A stretch of DNA of 64,000 bases from an uncultured virus (IMG/VR IMGVR_UViG_3300042992_002627) (taxonomy: Duplodnaviria > Heunggongvirae > Uroviricota > Caudoviricetes). The translations under genes were made by a program, and so were the position numbers. Of this stretch, positions 19,641 through 29,076 are shown piece after piece. Within the stretch, counting starts at the first letter, position 1. Each line of letters opens with the position of its first letter. The notes under the pieces were generated by a model. The model ran no database searches and was not told the DNA's origin. It saw only the letters and a list, made by a program, of their open reading frames with translations. The stretch lies in IMG/VR virus record IMGVR_UViG_3300042992_002627; one strand, given 5' to 3'.

Positions 19641-19883
19641 ATGAACCAACTAGAAATCGATTTGCTTTTCAACGAAGTCATTAAGCAAAGAGGCGTTTAT
19701 CACAAATTAGAAGGAATCACTGAAAACATGATTTACAACTGGCGAAAAGGCCGTGGCAAAAAACCAGATATCGGAACCATGCTCGGTGTTTTGTTTCAAT
19801 TAAATCTTATCGGAGTACTTGATAAAAGCAACAAAGGAATTACCTATATAAAAATGAATTACAAAGGTGAAATAGTTCAATAA
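19641..19883 (+). CDS. Small XRE-like HTH regulator
   Basis: GITENMIYNWRKG...KPDIGTM is HTH-like. Confidence 0.55.
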   Translation: MNQLEIDLLFNEVIKQRGVYHKLEGITENMIYNWRKGRGKKPDIGTMLGVLFQLNLIGVLDKSNKGITYIKMNYKGEIVQ

Positions 19884-19884
19884 A

Positions 19885-20259
19885 ATGGCAAACTTACTCA
19901 AACAACGAACCAATAACGACGACGACATCCTTCAAGGTCGTTTCGTTCGTAAAATGCTACAGGAAACAGCAAATGAAATCCAACAGGCTTCTTCAAAAAA
20001 AATGGGTTCGTTTAAATCTTCCTTTTGGGCAAATCGTTCGTTTTCAGTCACCGATAACGAAATGCATTATGATCACCTCAAAGTGCATCGCTTCATCGAT
20101 ATGCGAACCAGAACCGCAAGTGATGGAACCAAGCAAAAGAAAAAGTTTTACCCAATTCACAACCGTATTGTAATGGGACAATATAGTCAGTTAGTGCGTG
20201 AATTATCGTTTGGGTTTACGGAAGAAATTAAAAACCAACTAAGGTCTATCGGAGACTAA
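19885..20259 (+). CDS. Hypothetical phage protein (neck/tail-completion-like)
   Basis: Basic 124-aa ORF with RFIDMR motif. Confidence 0.45.
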   Translation: MANLLKQRTNNDDDILQGRFVRKMLQETANEIQQASSKKMGSFKSSFWANRSFSVTDNEMHYDHLKVHRFIDMRTRTASDGTKQKKKFYPIHNRIVMGQYSQLVRELSFGFTEEIKNQLRSIGD

Positions 20260-20544
20260 AAATTTTTTATTTTTCTTACAATAATTGGAATGCTTTTTGA
20301 GTTTGTTTAAATTAACTAATAAATAAACTTATTATGGCAAAAAAGAAAAACCAACTCAAAGCAGCTCACAAAGTTTTCAGGCATTATTTTATGGTTTTGT
20401 GCGAAAGTGAACACATGGATGATCTTTCACTTCGAAAAGAATTCATTTTTGCCCTAGATACTATCAAACAAACCTACAAAGCACAAAAGGGAAATTAATT
20501 CCCTTTTTTCGTATATTTGAGTTTTAAACATAATAATTTACAAT

Positions 20545-21075
20545 ATGAAAAAAATTCTAATTTTTGTATTTTTTATCTTTTTATCCTGTAAACAGGAAGT
20601 TGTTGAACAAGAAAGAATTTATACTGCTGAGGAGAATTATGTTCTTTATATGCAAATTGGAGAGACTAAGGATAAGGCCTTAATGCAATATACTATTGAA
20701 AGTCTTGAAAAACTAATTACAGATTCAATATCAATTGATTTGAAAAGTAAAATATTAAAATCGGTAGATAGTTTAAAAATCATTTATGAAAAAATGCCAA
20801 AGCCAAAGCCAATAGATTTGGTTACAGATGAAGATATTGATAAACAATTTTCAAATTATAACGGTTCTCACATTAAACTTGAAGAATATATAATTACCAA
20901 CATGAACAATCCGGATAGTTATGAGCATGTTTCTTCTAGTTATAAAAAGTTTGATGATTACTTACTTGTTTTATTGAAATTTAGAGGAACTAATGCTTAT
21001 GGTGGTGTTGTGACACAAGAAGTATCTGCAAAATGTTCTTTATTTAATGGGGATGTAATAGAAATAATCAAATAA
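20545..21075 (+). CDS. Lipoprotein (moron)
   Basis: Lipobox FLSC; own TATATTTG -7 element at 20512 and downstream hairpin. Confidence 0.65.
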   Translation: MKKILIFVFFIFLSCKQEVVEQERIYTAEENYVLYMQIGETKDKALMQYTIESLEKLITDSISIDLKSKILKSVDSLKIIYEKMPKPKPIDLVTDEDIDKQFSNYNGSHIKLEEYIITNMNNPDSYEHVSSSYKKFDDYLLVLLKFRGTNAYGGVVTQEVSAKCSLFNGDVIEIIK

Positions 21076-21076
21076 C

Positions 21077-21100
21077 AAAGCCCCTTTCGGGGCTTTTATT
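21077..21100. terminator. Bidirectional terminator
   Basis: AAAGCCCC-tttc-GGGGCTTT between convergent genes. Confidence 0.75.
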
Positions 21101-21493
21101 TTAGCTTTCAACAAACAGGCGTTCGTCATAATCACAATAAATACTTCGGTCTTTATCTACTAAAAAAACACAGTTCCCTTTTTTAGTCCACAACCAGCCT
21201 TCTTCCAGTTCGTCATGTTCATCCATCTTTAGGCGGGTAGTGTTTCTATAAAGCCCTTCACATTCTGTCGATTCCACCAACTCTAGTTGATCAATATTGT
21301 TTTCTACAAAGTTTCGCACCTGTTCTTCATCATAATAAATTTTCTTTCCGGTGCTAAACGTAAGTAATAAAGGATTTCTTTCGTTCTTTTGTGCATCATC
21401 ATACACTTTTCTAATGCACTCATTAAAACTTATGCCGGTTATGCTCATCGTGGCTCCATCTAAATAACGAACCACACAGTTAACCTTACTCAT
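21101..21493 (-). CDS. Hypothetical protein
   Basis: ORF coupled to 21486..21815. Confidence 0.55.
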   Translation of the reverse strand: MSKVNCVVRYLDGATMSITGISFNECIRKVYDDAQKNERNPLLLTFSTGKKIYYDEEQVRNFVENNIDQLELVESTECEGLYRNTTRLKMDEHDELEEGWLWTKKGNCVFLVDKDRSIYCDYDERLFVES

Positions 21494-21815
21494 GATGCAC
21501 CTCCATTTCTACAACCAAAGCAACGCGATGATTTTCTAAAAACTTAATGGTTTCCACCACATCGGCATCATGGTTAATGGTGTTGTGCTTTTCAATCGGA
21601 ACACATAAGTCGTTAACAGTGTTAATGGCGTTTTGCCATTCAGCTCTAACCTCGGGGTCGTTCATAAACTCTTCGTCTAAATGAACCACCACTTGATTAA
21701 TAAGGAATTCTTTTAAGCTGATAAGTTCTTCTACACCAATCGATTTAATCGTGGTTAAGAATTCAATCGGAAATAATAACCAATTGGGATGCGGATTGTT
21801 GTTTTTGTTCTGCAT
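21486..21815 (-). CDS. Hypothetical protein under a structured leader
   Basis: Its ATG lies inside a 17-bp inverted repeat. Confidence 0.55.
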   Translation of the reverse strand: MQNKNNNPHPNWLLFPIEFLTTIKSIGVEELISLKEFLINQVVVHLDEEFMNDPEVRAEWQNAINTVNDLCVPIEKHNTINHDADVVETIKFLENHRVALVVEMEVHHE

Positions 21816-21960
21816 GAGATATATAAATTAAAAAACCTACCCATAGGCTGCAGAACAAAAACAACCAAAGTTGAAGTGATGCCCCGTTTCTCTCGGAGCT
21901 TCCTATGGGATAGGCTGGATTTTTTACTAATGAAATGTACATGGTTATTTTTATTCTGCA
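21798..21960 (-). ncRNA. Putative structured leader/antisense RNA (C4-like alternative pairing)
   Basis: Two direct copies and one inverted copy of TGCAGAAYAAAAAYAAC, plus an internal stem. Confidence 0.4.
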
Positions 21961-22253
21961 CAACAAACGTACCGTAAACCTTTCAAACCACCAAAAAAAA
22001 CTTGTGTATTTACATAAAGTTCTACTTATATGTAAAATAATTTACTTAGGTGTAATGTAATTGGGTAAGAATATTTATATTTGAATCGGTTTTTAAGGGT
22101 TTATAAATTGCATTGTTCTATCATGTCAAAACCGCTATGTCGCCATACATAGCGGTTTTTATTTTTTTACACTCCAACTCTGGAGAGTAAACTATCCAAG
22201 GTTAGAGAGTAAACGCTCCAATTTTGTTAGTAAACAAAAAAAAGCGTAAATCT

Positions 22254-22291
22254 CATGTTACATCTTTTTACATTTTTTCAAAGCAATTTTG
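22254..22291 (+). promoter_or_regulatory. Putative late promoter, tail operon
   Basis: CATGTTACA-N21-CAATTTTG. Confidence 0.7.
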
Positions 22292-22307
22292 AACAAAATG
22301 TAATCAC

Positions 22308-25300
22308 ATGGCTAAAGTTATCACCGACGAGAAAATAAAACTATCCATCGAAATCAACGGAAACGCTGCTCAAAAGGATTTAATTGACTTAGAAAAATCA
22401 ACCCGAAAGTTGTCGGAATCTAATAAACAATTACTGCTCGAAAAAAAGCGTTTAGAAAGCCAAGGCAAAAAAGATACTGCGGAATATAAAAGCCTCACAG
22501 CATCCATCAAAGCAAACAACCTCGCTATTGATGCCAACAAAGAAAAAATGAAAGCCCTCCAAAATCAAATTGGAATTACAGGGCTTACTTTAACACAACT
22601 CCGTCAAAAAGCTACTGTTCTTCGTGCTACACTTTCCAACATGATACCAGGTACCGAAGACTTCCGCCGTTATCAAGCTGAACTAACACAAGTAAATGCC
22701 CGAATTGGCGAGTTAACTGGTCGTGCAGCACAGGCTCGTTTCTCTCTATCATCATTAGCAGATGGATTCAACAGATACCAAGCGTTGGCATTGTCGTTTG
22801 TTGCAGCTCTTACAGGAGTCATTCTTTCTGTTCAAAAAATAATAGACATCAATGGTAAACTTTCCGATGCTCAATCCGATGTTATGAAAACCACCGGCAT
22901 GACTAAGGATGAAGTGAACGAACTTACCAAATCATTCGGAGCACTAAAAACCAGAACCGCACGAATCGAATTATTAGGCCTTGCTACCGAAGCCGGACGA
23001 TTAGGAATCGAAGGTGTGGCAAACGTGCAAGCGTTCGTGGAGCAAGCCAATAAAATGAAAGTAGCTTTAGGCGATGATCTTTCCGATGAAGCTATTCGAG
23101 AAGTAGGTAAAATGGTAAATGTTTACAGAGTAGGCGAACAAACGGGCAGAGACTTTGCCGGTTCTATGGATGCTCTTGGTTCTTCCATCAACGAAGTTTC
23201 TGCTTCTGGAGCCAACCAAGCCGGATATTTGGTTGATTACCTAAAACGTCAAGCAGGTATTGCCGCTCAAGCAAAACTTTCGGCTGCAGACAATATTGGT
23301 TATGCTGCAACTTTTGACGAAATTGGTCAAAGTGTCGAAGTTTCTGCCACAGCCATGAATAAGGTTTGGATGGATATGTTCACCAATCCGGGGCAGTATG
23401 CAAAAATTGCTGGAATGTCTATCAAAGATTTTAACCAACTCTTGACAACTGATTCCAACGAAGCAATGATTCGGTTCCTAGAAGGATTGAAAGGCAACGA
23501 TGCCGGATTACAAGCCATGATGGAATCGTTAAAAGATTTAGAAGTGGGAGGAGCTCGTGGAGTTTCTGCTCTTTCGGCTTTGGCAAACAATACTGAATTG
23601 TTACGTAAGCGACAAATAACTTCTAATCAAGCATTGATTGAATCTACATCGTTAACCAACGAATACGACATCAAAAATAACAACCTTGCCGCTACACTTG
23701 AAAAGCTACAAAAAACAATTGTTGGAATGTTCTCTTCCGAAGGATTTGTCAATTGGCTTTCCGGGGCTGTCGATTGGATTGCCAAATTTGTAGGAGCTAC
23801 CGAAGATGCCGAAGGCTCTGCAACCAATTGGAGAAACGGCATCGTAATAACAGCAAAAGTTTTAGCGGTTCTAGCTGCTGCTTTAATCACCAATATAGCT
23901 TGGCAAAAATTGGTATTCCTTTGGACCACTCGAAACACACAAGCCACTTGGTTGTATAATTTAGGAGTAAAAGCCAGAGCCGTAGCAGAAGGTATTTCAA
24001 TTGTAGTAACTCAGGCTTATGCAGCAATGACCATGTTATTACGTGGTAATATTCTTGGAGCTACACAAGCTCTTCGAGTAATGACGGCTACCATGTTGAC
24101 AACTCCTTGGGGTTTACTTCTTGCCGGAATAGCTGCTGTTACTGCGGCCTATTTTCTATTTAGAGATTCTACCGAAAAAGCTACTTTATCTCAAAAAACG
24201 TTTGCCAAAATTCAAAGTGAAGTTAACTCAGGGGTTAAGGAACAAAGAGAAAATCTTGATTTACTCCTAAAAATTGCTCGTGACCAAAATGAAAGTGATG
24301 AAGTTCGATTAAATGCTATCAAAAAAATAAAAGCGGAATATCCGGGCTTATTGGATTTCTTGACCTTGGAAAATGTAAACACCGACAAAGTAACTGCCGC
24401 TTTAAATCGATACATCACTGCTTTAAACAATAAATTAGAATTAGAAGCGGTAGATTCAGAACTAAAAGCATCCAAACAAAGAGCATTGCAAAAAGAAGCA
24501 ACTGACTTGGATGAATATGGGAAATGGTATGATGGTTTCGTTAATAAAATTCTAGGAAATCAAGCCGGTGCTACATCTGATAAAGTTACTGAAGCTATCA
24601 AACGTCAAAGTACTGACATTGCCAATGAAACCACTTTACAAGGGGATTTATTGAAAAAACGAGAAGACTTAATGCGTAAAATGTTAGGTTCTGAAGCAGC
24701 TACTGTTACGCCAGGTGGAGAAACTCCGTTACCAACAGGAGAAACGGAAGAACAAAAGAAAGCAAGAGAAAAAGCATCTAAAGAAGCGGAAGATGCTAGA
24801 AAAAAACGACTCGAAGAACTTAAAAAATCCGCTGAAGAACGTTTAAAAATTGAACGTGAACTAGAGGATGAAATACTCCGCAACATGGACGAGGGCTATA
24901 AAAAAGAATGGCAACTCGAACAAACCAATTGGACGCGTCGTATAGAAGATTTACAAAACCGTATGGTTCAAGAATCGGAAATCGAAGCAGCTCTCAAAAA
25001 ATCTAAAAACAGCAAACTTTCTGCGGAAGAAAGAAACTTCTGGTCAAAACAAGCCGATGCATGGATTACTAATAACGCTCACGTTCAAGGTTTAATTGAA
25101 ACCGCTGAAAAAACGCATCAAACACGTTTATCAACCATTCAAGAAAACGCTGCCAGAAAAGAAATTGATACTGACAGACAAAGTTTTGAAGCGAAGAAAG
25201 TTTTAATTCAAACCGAGCTTCAGGAAAGACTTAATCAAATTGGAATTTCTGAACATGAAAAAGAACGGCTTAAAAAAGAGTATCAACAAAAAGAACTCGA

Positions 25301-26501
25301 CGAAGAAGAAAAATTCCTCAATCAGTTAATTCAAAAGTTCAACATAATCGTTGGAAAAGGCAAGTTTAATAACTTCGATTTGTCATTACTCACACCTGAA
25401 CAGGTGGAGCAATTTACTGCGGAAGCTCAAAAAGTTGGTTTAACGCTTCAGGAATTTATCAATAAAAAGAATGAATTAGCCGGAAAAGGCACACAAGATA
25501 GTAGTTTAGAATCTTTAGGCTTGGGCGGTCAAACTGATATTTTTGGATTTACACCTGAAAATTGGGAAGCATTTTTCAGTCATCTTCAACAAGGTAAACT
25601 GGGCATTGAAGATATGGTGTTTGCCGTTGGTGCTCTTACTAATATGTGGTCGCAGTATTCACAGTTCCTTCAAGCTAACGAAGCTCAGCAAGTTCGTAAT
25701 TATGAAAAAACAGCAGACCGTAAAAAGACTACGCTTAAACGCCAACTTGATACAGGTTTAATTTCTCAAACACAATACAATCGTGCCGTTGAAACACTCG
25801 ATACCCAGCTAGATAAACGTAAAGCAGAGATTGAATACAATCAAGCTAAGCGACAAAAAGCGATTTCTATTGCTAATATTATTCGTTCTACTGCGGAAGC
25901 TATCATAGGGTTGTGGGCTAATCCTGGTTATCCAATGGCTATTCCGTTAACGGCTTTAGTTGGAGCAATGGGAGCGTTGCAATTAGCAACGGTCGCAAAA
26001 ACACCACTACCCGCAAAAGGTTACGAAGATGGCCTTTATCCAATGGTGAAACGCGAACAAGATGGAAAAATGTTTAAAGCTTCCGGAGGCGTTTCTTCCA
26101 TGCGTTCGGGCTTATATCGCAAATCAACTATTTTAGTTGGCGAAGGTCCAGGCAATCAACCTGAAATGGTGATTGATAAAAAGACCTATGCTCGTATTTC
26201 TCCACAAGTACAAGATGCTTTGTTGCGTGAAATTCGTGGCGTTCGTGGTTTTGAAAGTGGCTACTACGATAAATCAGGCACAATGCAGGTTCCTGTCACG
26301 CCATCAACCTCTCCATCAAATAATGATAACGGCGGAATGTTAGCCATTGCAGCCGCTATCAATAGAAATTCTGAAATACTTGAAAAAATTGACCGTGAAG
26401 GAATCTTGGCAAAAGTATTAGCAAACGATTATAAAAGCCTTGAAAACCTTAAAGAAGGAATGGATAAATACAACGAACTTAAATCTAAATCACGAAAATA
26501 A
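22308..26501 (+). CDS. Tail tape measure protein
   Basis: 1397 aa, helical Ala/Leu-rich, TP901-type core region, hydrophobic stretches. Confidence 0.9.
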   Translation: MAKVITDEKIKLSIEINGNAAQKDLIDLEKSTRKLSESNKQLLLEKKRLESQGKKDTAEYKSLTASIKANNLAIDANKEKMKALQNQIGITGLTLTQLRQKATVLRATLSNMIPGTEDFRRYQAELTQVNARIGELTGRAAQARFSLSSLADGFNRYQALALSFVAALTGVILSVQKIIDINGKLSDAQSDVMKTTGMTKDEVNELTKSFGALKTRTARIELLGLATEAGRLGIEGVANVQAFVEQANKMKVALGDDLSDEAIREVGKMVNVYRVGEQTGRDFAGSMDALGSSINEVSASGANQAGYLVDYLKRQAGIAAQAKLSAADNIGYAATFDEIGQSVEVSATAMNKVWMDMFTNPGQYAKIAGMSIKDFNQLLTTDSNEAMIRFLEGLKGNDAGLQAMMESLKDLEVGGARGVSALSALANNTELLRKRQITSNQALIESTSLTNEYDIKNNNLAATLEKLQKTIVGMFSSEGFVNWLSGAVDWIAKFVGATEDAEGSATNWRNGIVITAKVLAVLAAALITNIAWQKLVFLWTTRNTQATWLYNLGVKARAVAEGISIVVTQAYAAMTMLLRGNILGATQALRVMTATMLTTPWGLLLAGIAAVTAAYFLFRDSTEKATLSQKTFAKIQSEVNSGVKEQRENLDLLLKIARDQNESDEVRLNAIKKIKAEYPGLLDFLTLENVNTDKVTAALNRYITALNNKLELEAVDSELKASKQRALQKEATDLDEYGKWYDGFVNKILGNQAGATSDKVTEAIKRQSTDIANETTLQGDLLKKREDLMRKMLGSEAATVTPGGETPLPTGETEEQKKAREKASKEAEDARKKRLEELKKSAEERLKIERELEDEILRNMDEGYKKEWQLEQTNWTRRIEDLQNRMVQESEIEAALKKSKNSKLSAEERNFWSKQADAWITNNAHVQGLIETAEKTHQTRLSTIQENAARKEIDTDRQSFEAKKVLIQTELQERLNQIGISEHEKERLKKEYQQKELDEEEKFLNQLIQKFNIIVGKGKFNNFDLSLLTPEQVEQFTAEAQKVGLTLQEFINKKNELAGKGTQDSSLESLGLGGQTDIFGFTPENWEAFFSHLQQGKLGIEDMVFAVGALTNMWSQYSQFLQANEAQQVRNYEKTADRKKTTLKRQLDTGLISQTQYNRAVETLDTQLDKRKAEIEYNQAKRQKAISIANIIRSTAEAIIGLWANPGYPMAIPLTALVGAMGALQLATVAKTPLPAKGYEDGLYPMVKREQDGKMFKASGGVSSMRSGLYRKSTILVGEGPGNQPEMVIDKKTYARISPQVQDALLREIRGVRGFESGYYDKSGTMQVPVTPSTSPSNNDNGGMLAIAAAINRNSEILEKIDREGILAKVLANDYKSLENLKEGMDKYNELKSKSRK

Positions 26502-26899
26502 TGAGTTATACTACTGACCAAATATTCGAAAGTCCTGCCGCTAATTCTTTTGCCGATATTCTATTGTATGAATTAGCGAAGTATTTAGAGTTAACCGAAA
26601 TCTTTCTAACTACCAACGAAGTAATGGTATTGTCAGGCAAAGCAGCTGCTATTCTTCAAGGAGAAACAGATTCGCCTCTGAAAAATATTATTTTCGTCAT
26701 TACGGAACAGGAATTGCTTGACTTTTTCAAAAAAGCAACTTCTATTCCTGCCCGACGAGCTTCTTATAAAAATAAAGTATTGTTTTATACCACCGATGCT
26801 TACTTCGAAATACACTTATTCACCGAAACGTTAAATAGGGTGACCTATGAAACTATCGTACTTCAATTAGACACTGACATCCCAACTAATCTTTTATAA
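26501..26899 (+). CDS. Hypothetical protein (tail region)
   Basis: Coupled to the TMP stop codon. Confidence 0.5.
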   Translation: MSYTTDQIFESPAANSFADILLYELAKYLELTEIFLTTNEVMVLSGKAAAILQGETDSPLKNIIFVITEQELLDFFKKATSIPARRASYKNKVLFYTTDAYFEIHLFTETLNRVTYETIVLQLDTDIPTNLL

Positions 26900-26901
26900 T
26901 T

Positions 26902-29076
26902 ATGCAATTAGATATCAACCAAGCAAACACCGAAACTTCTAACGAAGTTGAGTTTCAATCCTGGTCGCCTATTCCGGCTATTACTTATTATTACTATAAC
27001 ACGAATGTTCCTGCAGGTGTGCCAACACCTTTTTCAATTATTCACAATATCAAGGATGTCATCGGAACACCTCTTGCTGTTGGATATAATTCTTTTAAAA
27101 TGGAAGTGAACCGTTACGGATATCAAAATAGTACACCAACTTGGTTTAGAACAGATGTGCTTGTTTCAAACGTATCAGTTGACACAGTGATTCCATTAGA
27201 AAACGGGATGCAATACACCAGTAATCATCAACTTTTGAATTTTACGTTTCTTTCTCCGGGTACTTATTCCGCATTCATGCAGTTCAAGATTTATGGACGT
27301 AAACCTCTTTTCAATACATGGCACTTAATCGAAACTCATATTCATGAAATCAGATTAATTGTAAGCAACGAACTTTTCACTGTAAGTCCGAGCAATTTAA
27401 ATTTTGTTCACTATGCTCCAACGCTTCCAATGGCTTCTAAAGAATTGACAGTTTCCGGTCCAACAACTTGGAATTTATATGTTCCTTCAAAATTCACACT
27501 TTCAACTGCTGAAAGTGGTGTTACTATTTCAACTCTTCCGGGAACATTTAGCGGAACTGTGGCTACTTCCTCCGGAACAAAGGTATTAGTCATCGCTTTA
27601 TCAGAAGATTTCAATGATGATCCACCACCATCAACACTTCCTGGTGTATTTCTTTTGACAAAAGACACAACGGTTTTAAAAACAGTTCCTTTTTTCATAA
27701 ATTTATTATCAATTGACGAATATTTTTCCATTGATCCTTCAGAACTGTTCTTTTCTGCCGTTAAAGGTTTCTCTGAGCCGGAAGTTTTATTTGTTGAAGC
27801 AAATTCTATTTCAAACGATATCACATTTACGTGTTCTCCTTGGCTTATTGTTACCGCTGGACAAAAAGAAATAGAAGGCGTGCTTAAAGATGGTTTCTAT
27901 GTAACGCCAATTTCAACTGTGAATATGATTGCCGGAAATTACAATGGTTTCATTGATTTCATGTCAACCATCGAAGCAGAAGATTATACAATTAGTGTAG
28001 CGGTTTTTTACGAGTTAATCGGTTTTATTACTTCACCGTACAACCAGGATAAAGCGTTTACGTTAGATAATAAAATGTATAAATTAACTACCGAATCTAG
28101 CAACAGTTATTTTGAGGTGGTTCAAACAATCAAAACCTTTGATTTTTTCACCGATGTGGAAAAAGAAACCATCATTCCTGAAAAGCATCCTTTGTTTAAT
28201 CGAAATACGGAGTTCAACGCATCATTACGGATTCATCGTTTGATGTCAAGATTTGAAAAACCAAACGATAATTATTACCAATACATTCCGGCTGAATTAG
28301 TAATGTCCGTAAAAGAACGGGCAATACTTGACGACGAAGTAATTCAGGAAACTGTCTTACCGATTCAAAAATTTGTAGCAGGATTAAGCGATAATGTCAC
28401 GGTTCCGTTTTCATTTTTAGATATGAATCCAAACATTCGAAGAGTAACAAAATCGTCTTATTTATATTTGAATTTGCTTCTGCCTAATGAGCCTGTTTCA
28501 TTGGAAATCTATAAAAACAACATCCTTACATCAACGGTGGTTCTTCCGGTGTCGCTTGGTAAAATCGTTTCTTATAAAGTAGATTTCTCTGCGTTTAACC
28601 AGGGCGATGTGATTAAGTATAAATTAGGAAGCCTGTTTCCTTCTTTTGGACAAGATGTGTCTAAAAGTTTTGCCGTATTTCCCGAAGGAAGATACAGCAA
28701 TCATGTGATTTGGGAAGATGAATTTTTATTGCAATCGGTTCTTGAGTGTACCGGTAGTTTTAATTTGAAAACAGATTTGCAATTCACTTCGCAAAAAACA
28801 TTCAAAAACTTAGTAGAAGTCTTGAATCATTTGGAAGTCATCAAAGAATCAAAGTTTACAATTTCCACCGGATGGATAATGAAAAATGACCAAATAACAA
28901 TTGAAAGTTTGATGTCAACCAAACGAGCTTGGATGGCTCTTCCAAACAACCAATTTATTGAATTACGTCCTCTCAGTAAGTCAATCATAAATATTGACAG
29001 TGAACGTGAACTGATTGATTATACTATTGAATTTCAAATAAACCGAACTAACAATGCGAAAACTTATTCATTCTAA
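26902..29076 (+). CDS. Tail protein with Ig-like (BACON-like) segments
   Basis: Beta-rich VSPSNLNF / IDPSELFF repeats; lies after TMP. Confidence 0.55.
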   Translation: MQLDINQANTETSNEVEFQSWSPIPAITYYYYNTNVPAGVPTPFSIIHNIKDVIGTPLAVGYNSFKMEVNRYGYQNSTPTWFRTDVLVSNVSVDTVIPLENGMQYTSNHQLLNFTFLSPGTYSAFMQFKIYGRKPLFNTWHLIETHIHEIRLIVSNELFTVSPSNLNFVHYAPTLPMASKELTVSGPTTWNLYVPSKFTLSTAESGVTISTLPGTFSGTVATSSGTKVLVIALSEDFNDDPPPSTLPGVFLLTKDTTVLKTVPFFINLLSIDEYFSIDPSELFFSAVKGFSEPEVLFVEANSISNDITFTCSPWLIVTAGQKEIEGVLKDGFYVTPISTVNMIAGNYNGFIDFMSTIEAEDYTISVAVFYELIGFITSPYNQDKAFTLDNKMYKLTTESSNSYFEVVQTIKTFDFFTDVEKETIIPEKHPLFNRNTEFNASLRIHRLMSRFEKPNDNYYQYIPAELVMSVKERAILDDEVIQETVLPIQKFVAGLSDNVTVPFSFLDMNPNIRRVTKSSYLYLNLLLPNEPVSLEIYKNNILTSTVVLPVSLGKIVSYKVDFSAFNQGDVIKYKLGSLFPSFGQDVSKSFAVFPEGRYSNHVIWEDEFLLQSVLECTGSFNLKTDLQFTSQKTFKNLVEVLNHLEVIKESKFTISTGWIMKNDQITIESLMSTKRAWMALPNNQFIELRPLSKSIINIDSERELIDYTIEFQINRTNNAKTYSF

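Noticed and set aside
23241..24886. Antisense ORFs within the tape measure gene (and similar shadow ORFs elsewhere)
   Set aside because: They are reverse-frame shadows of long coding genes with no motifs or translation signals.
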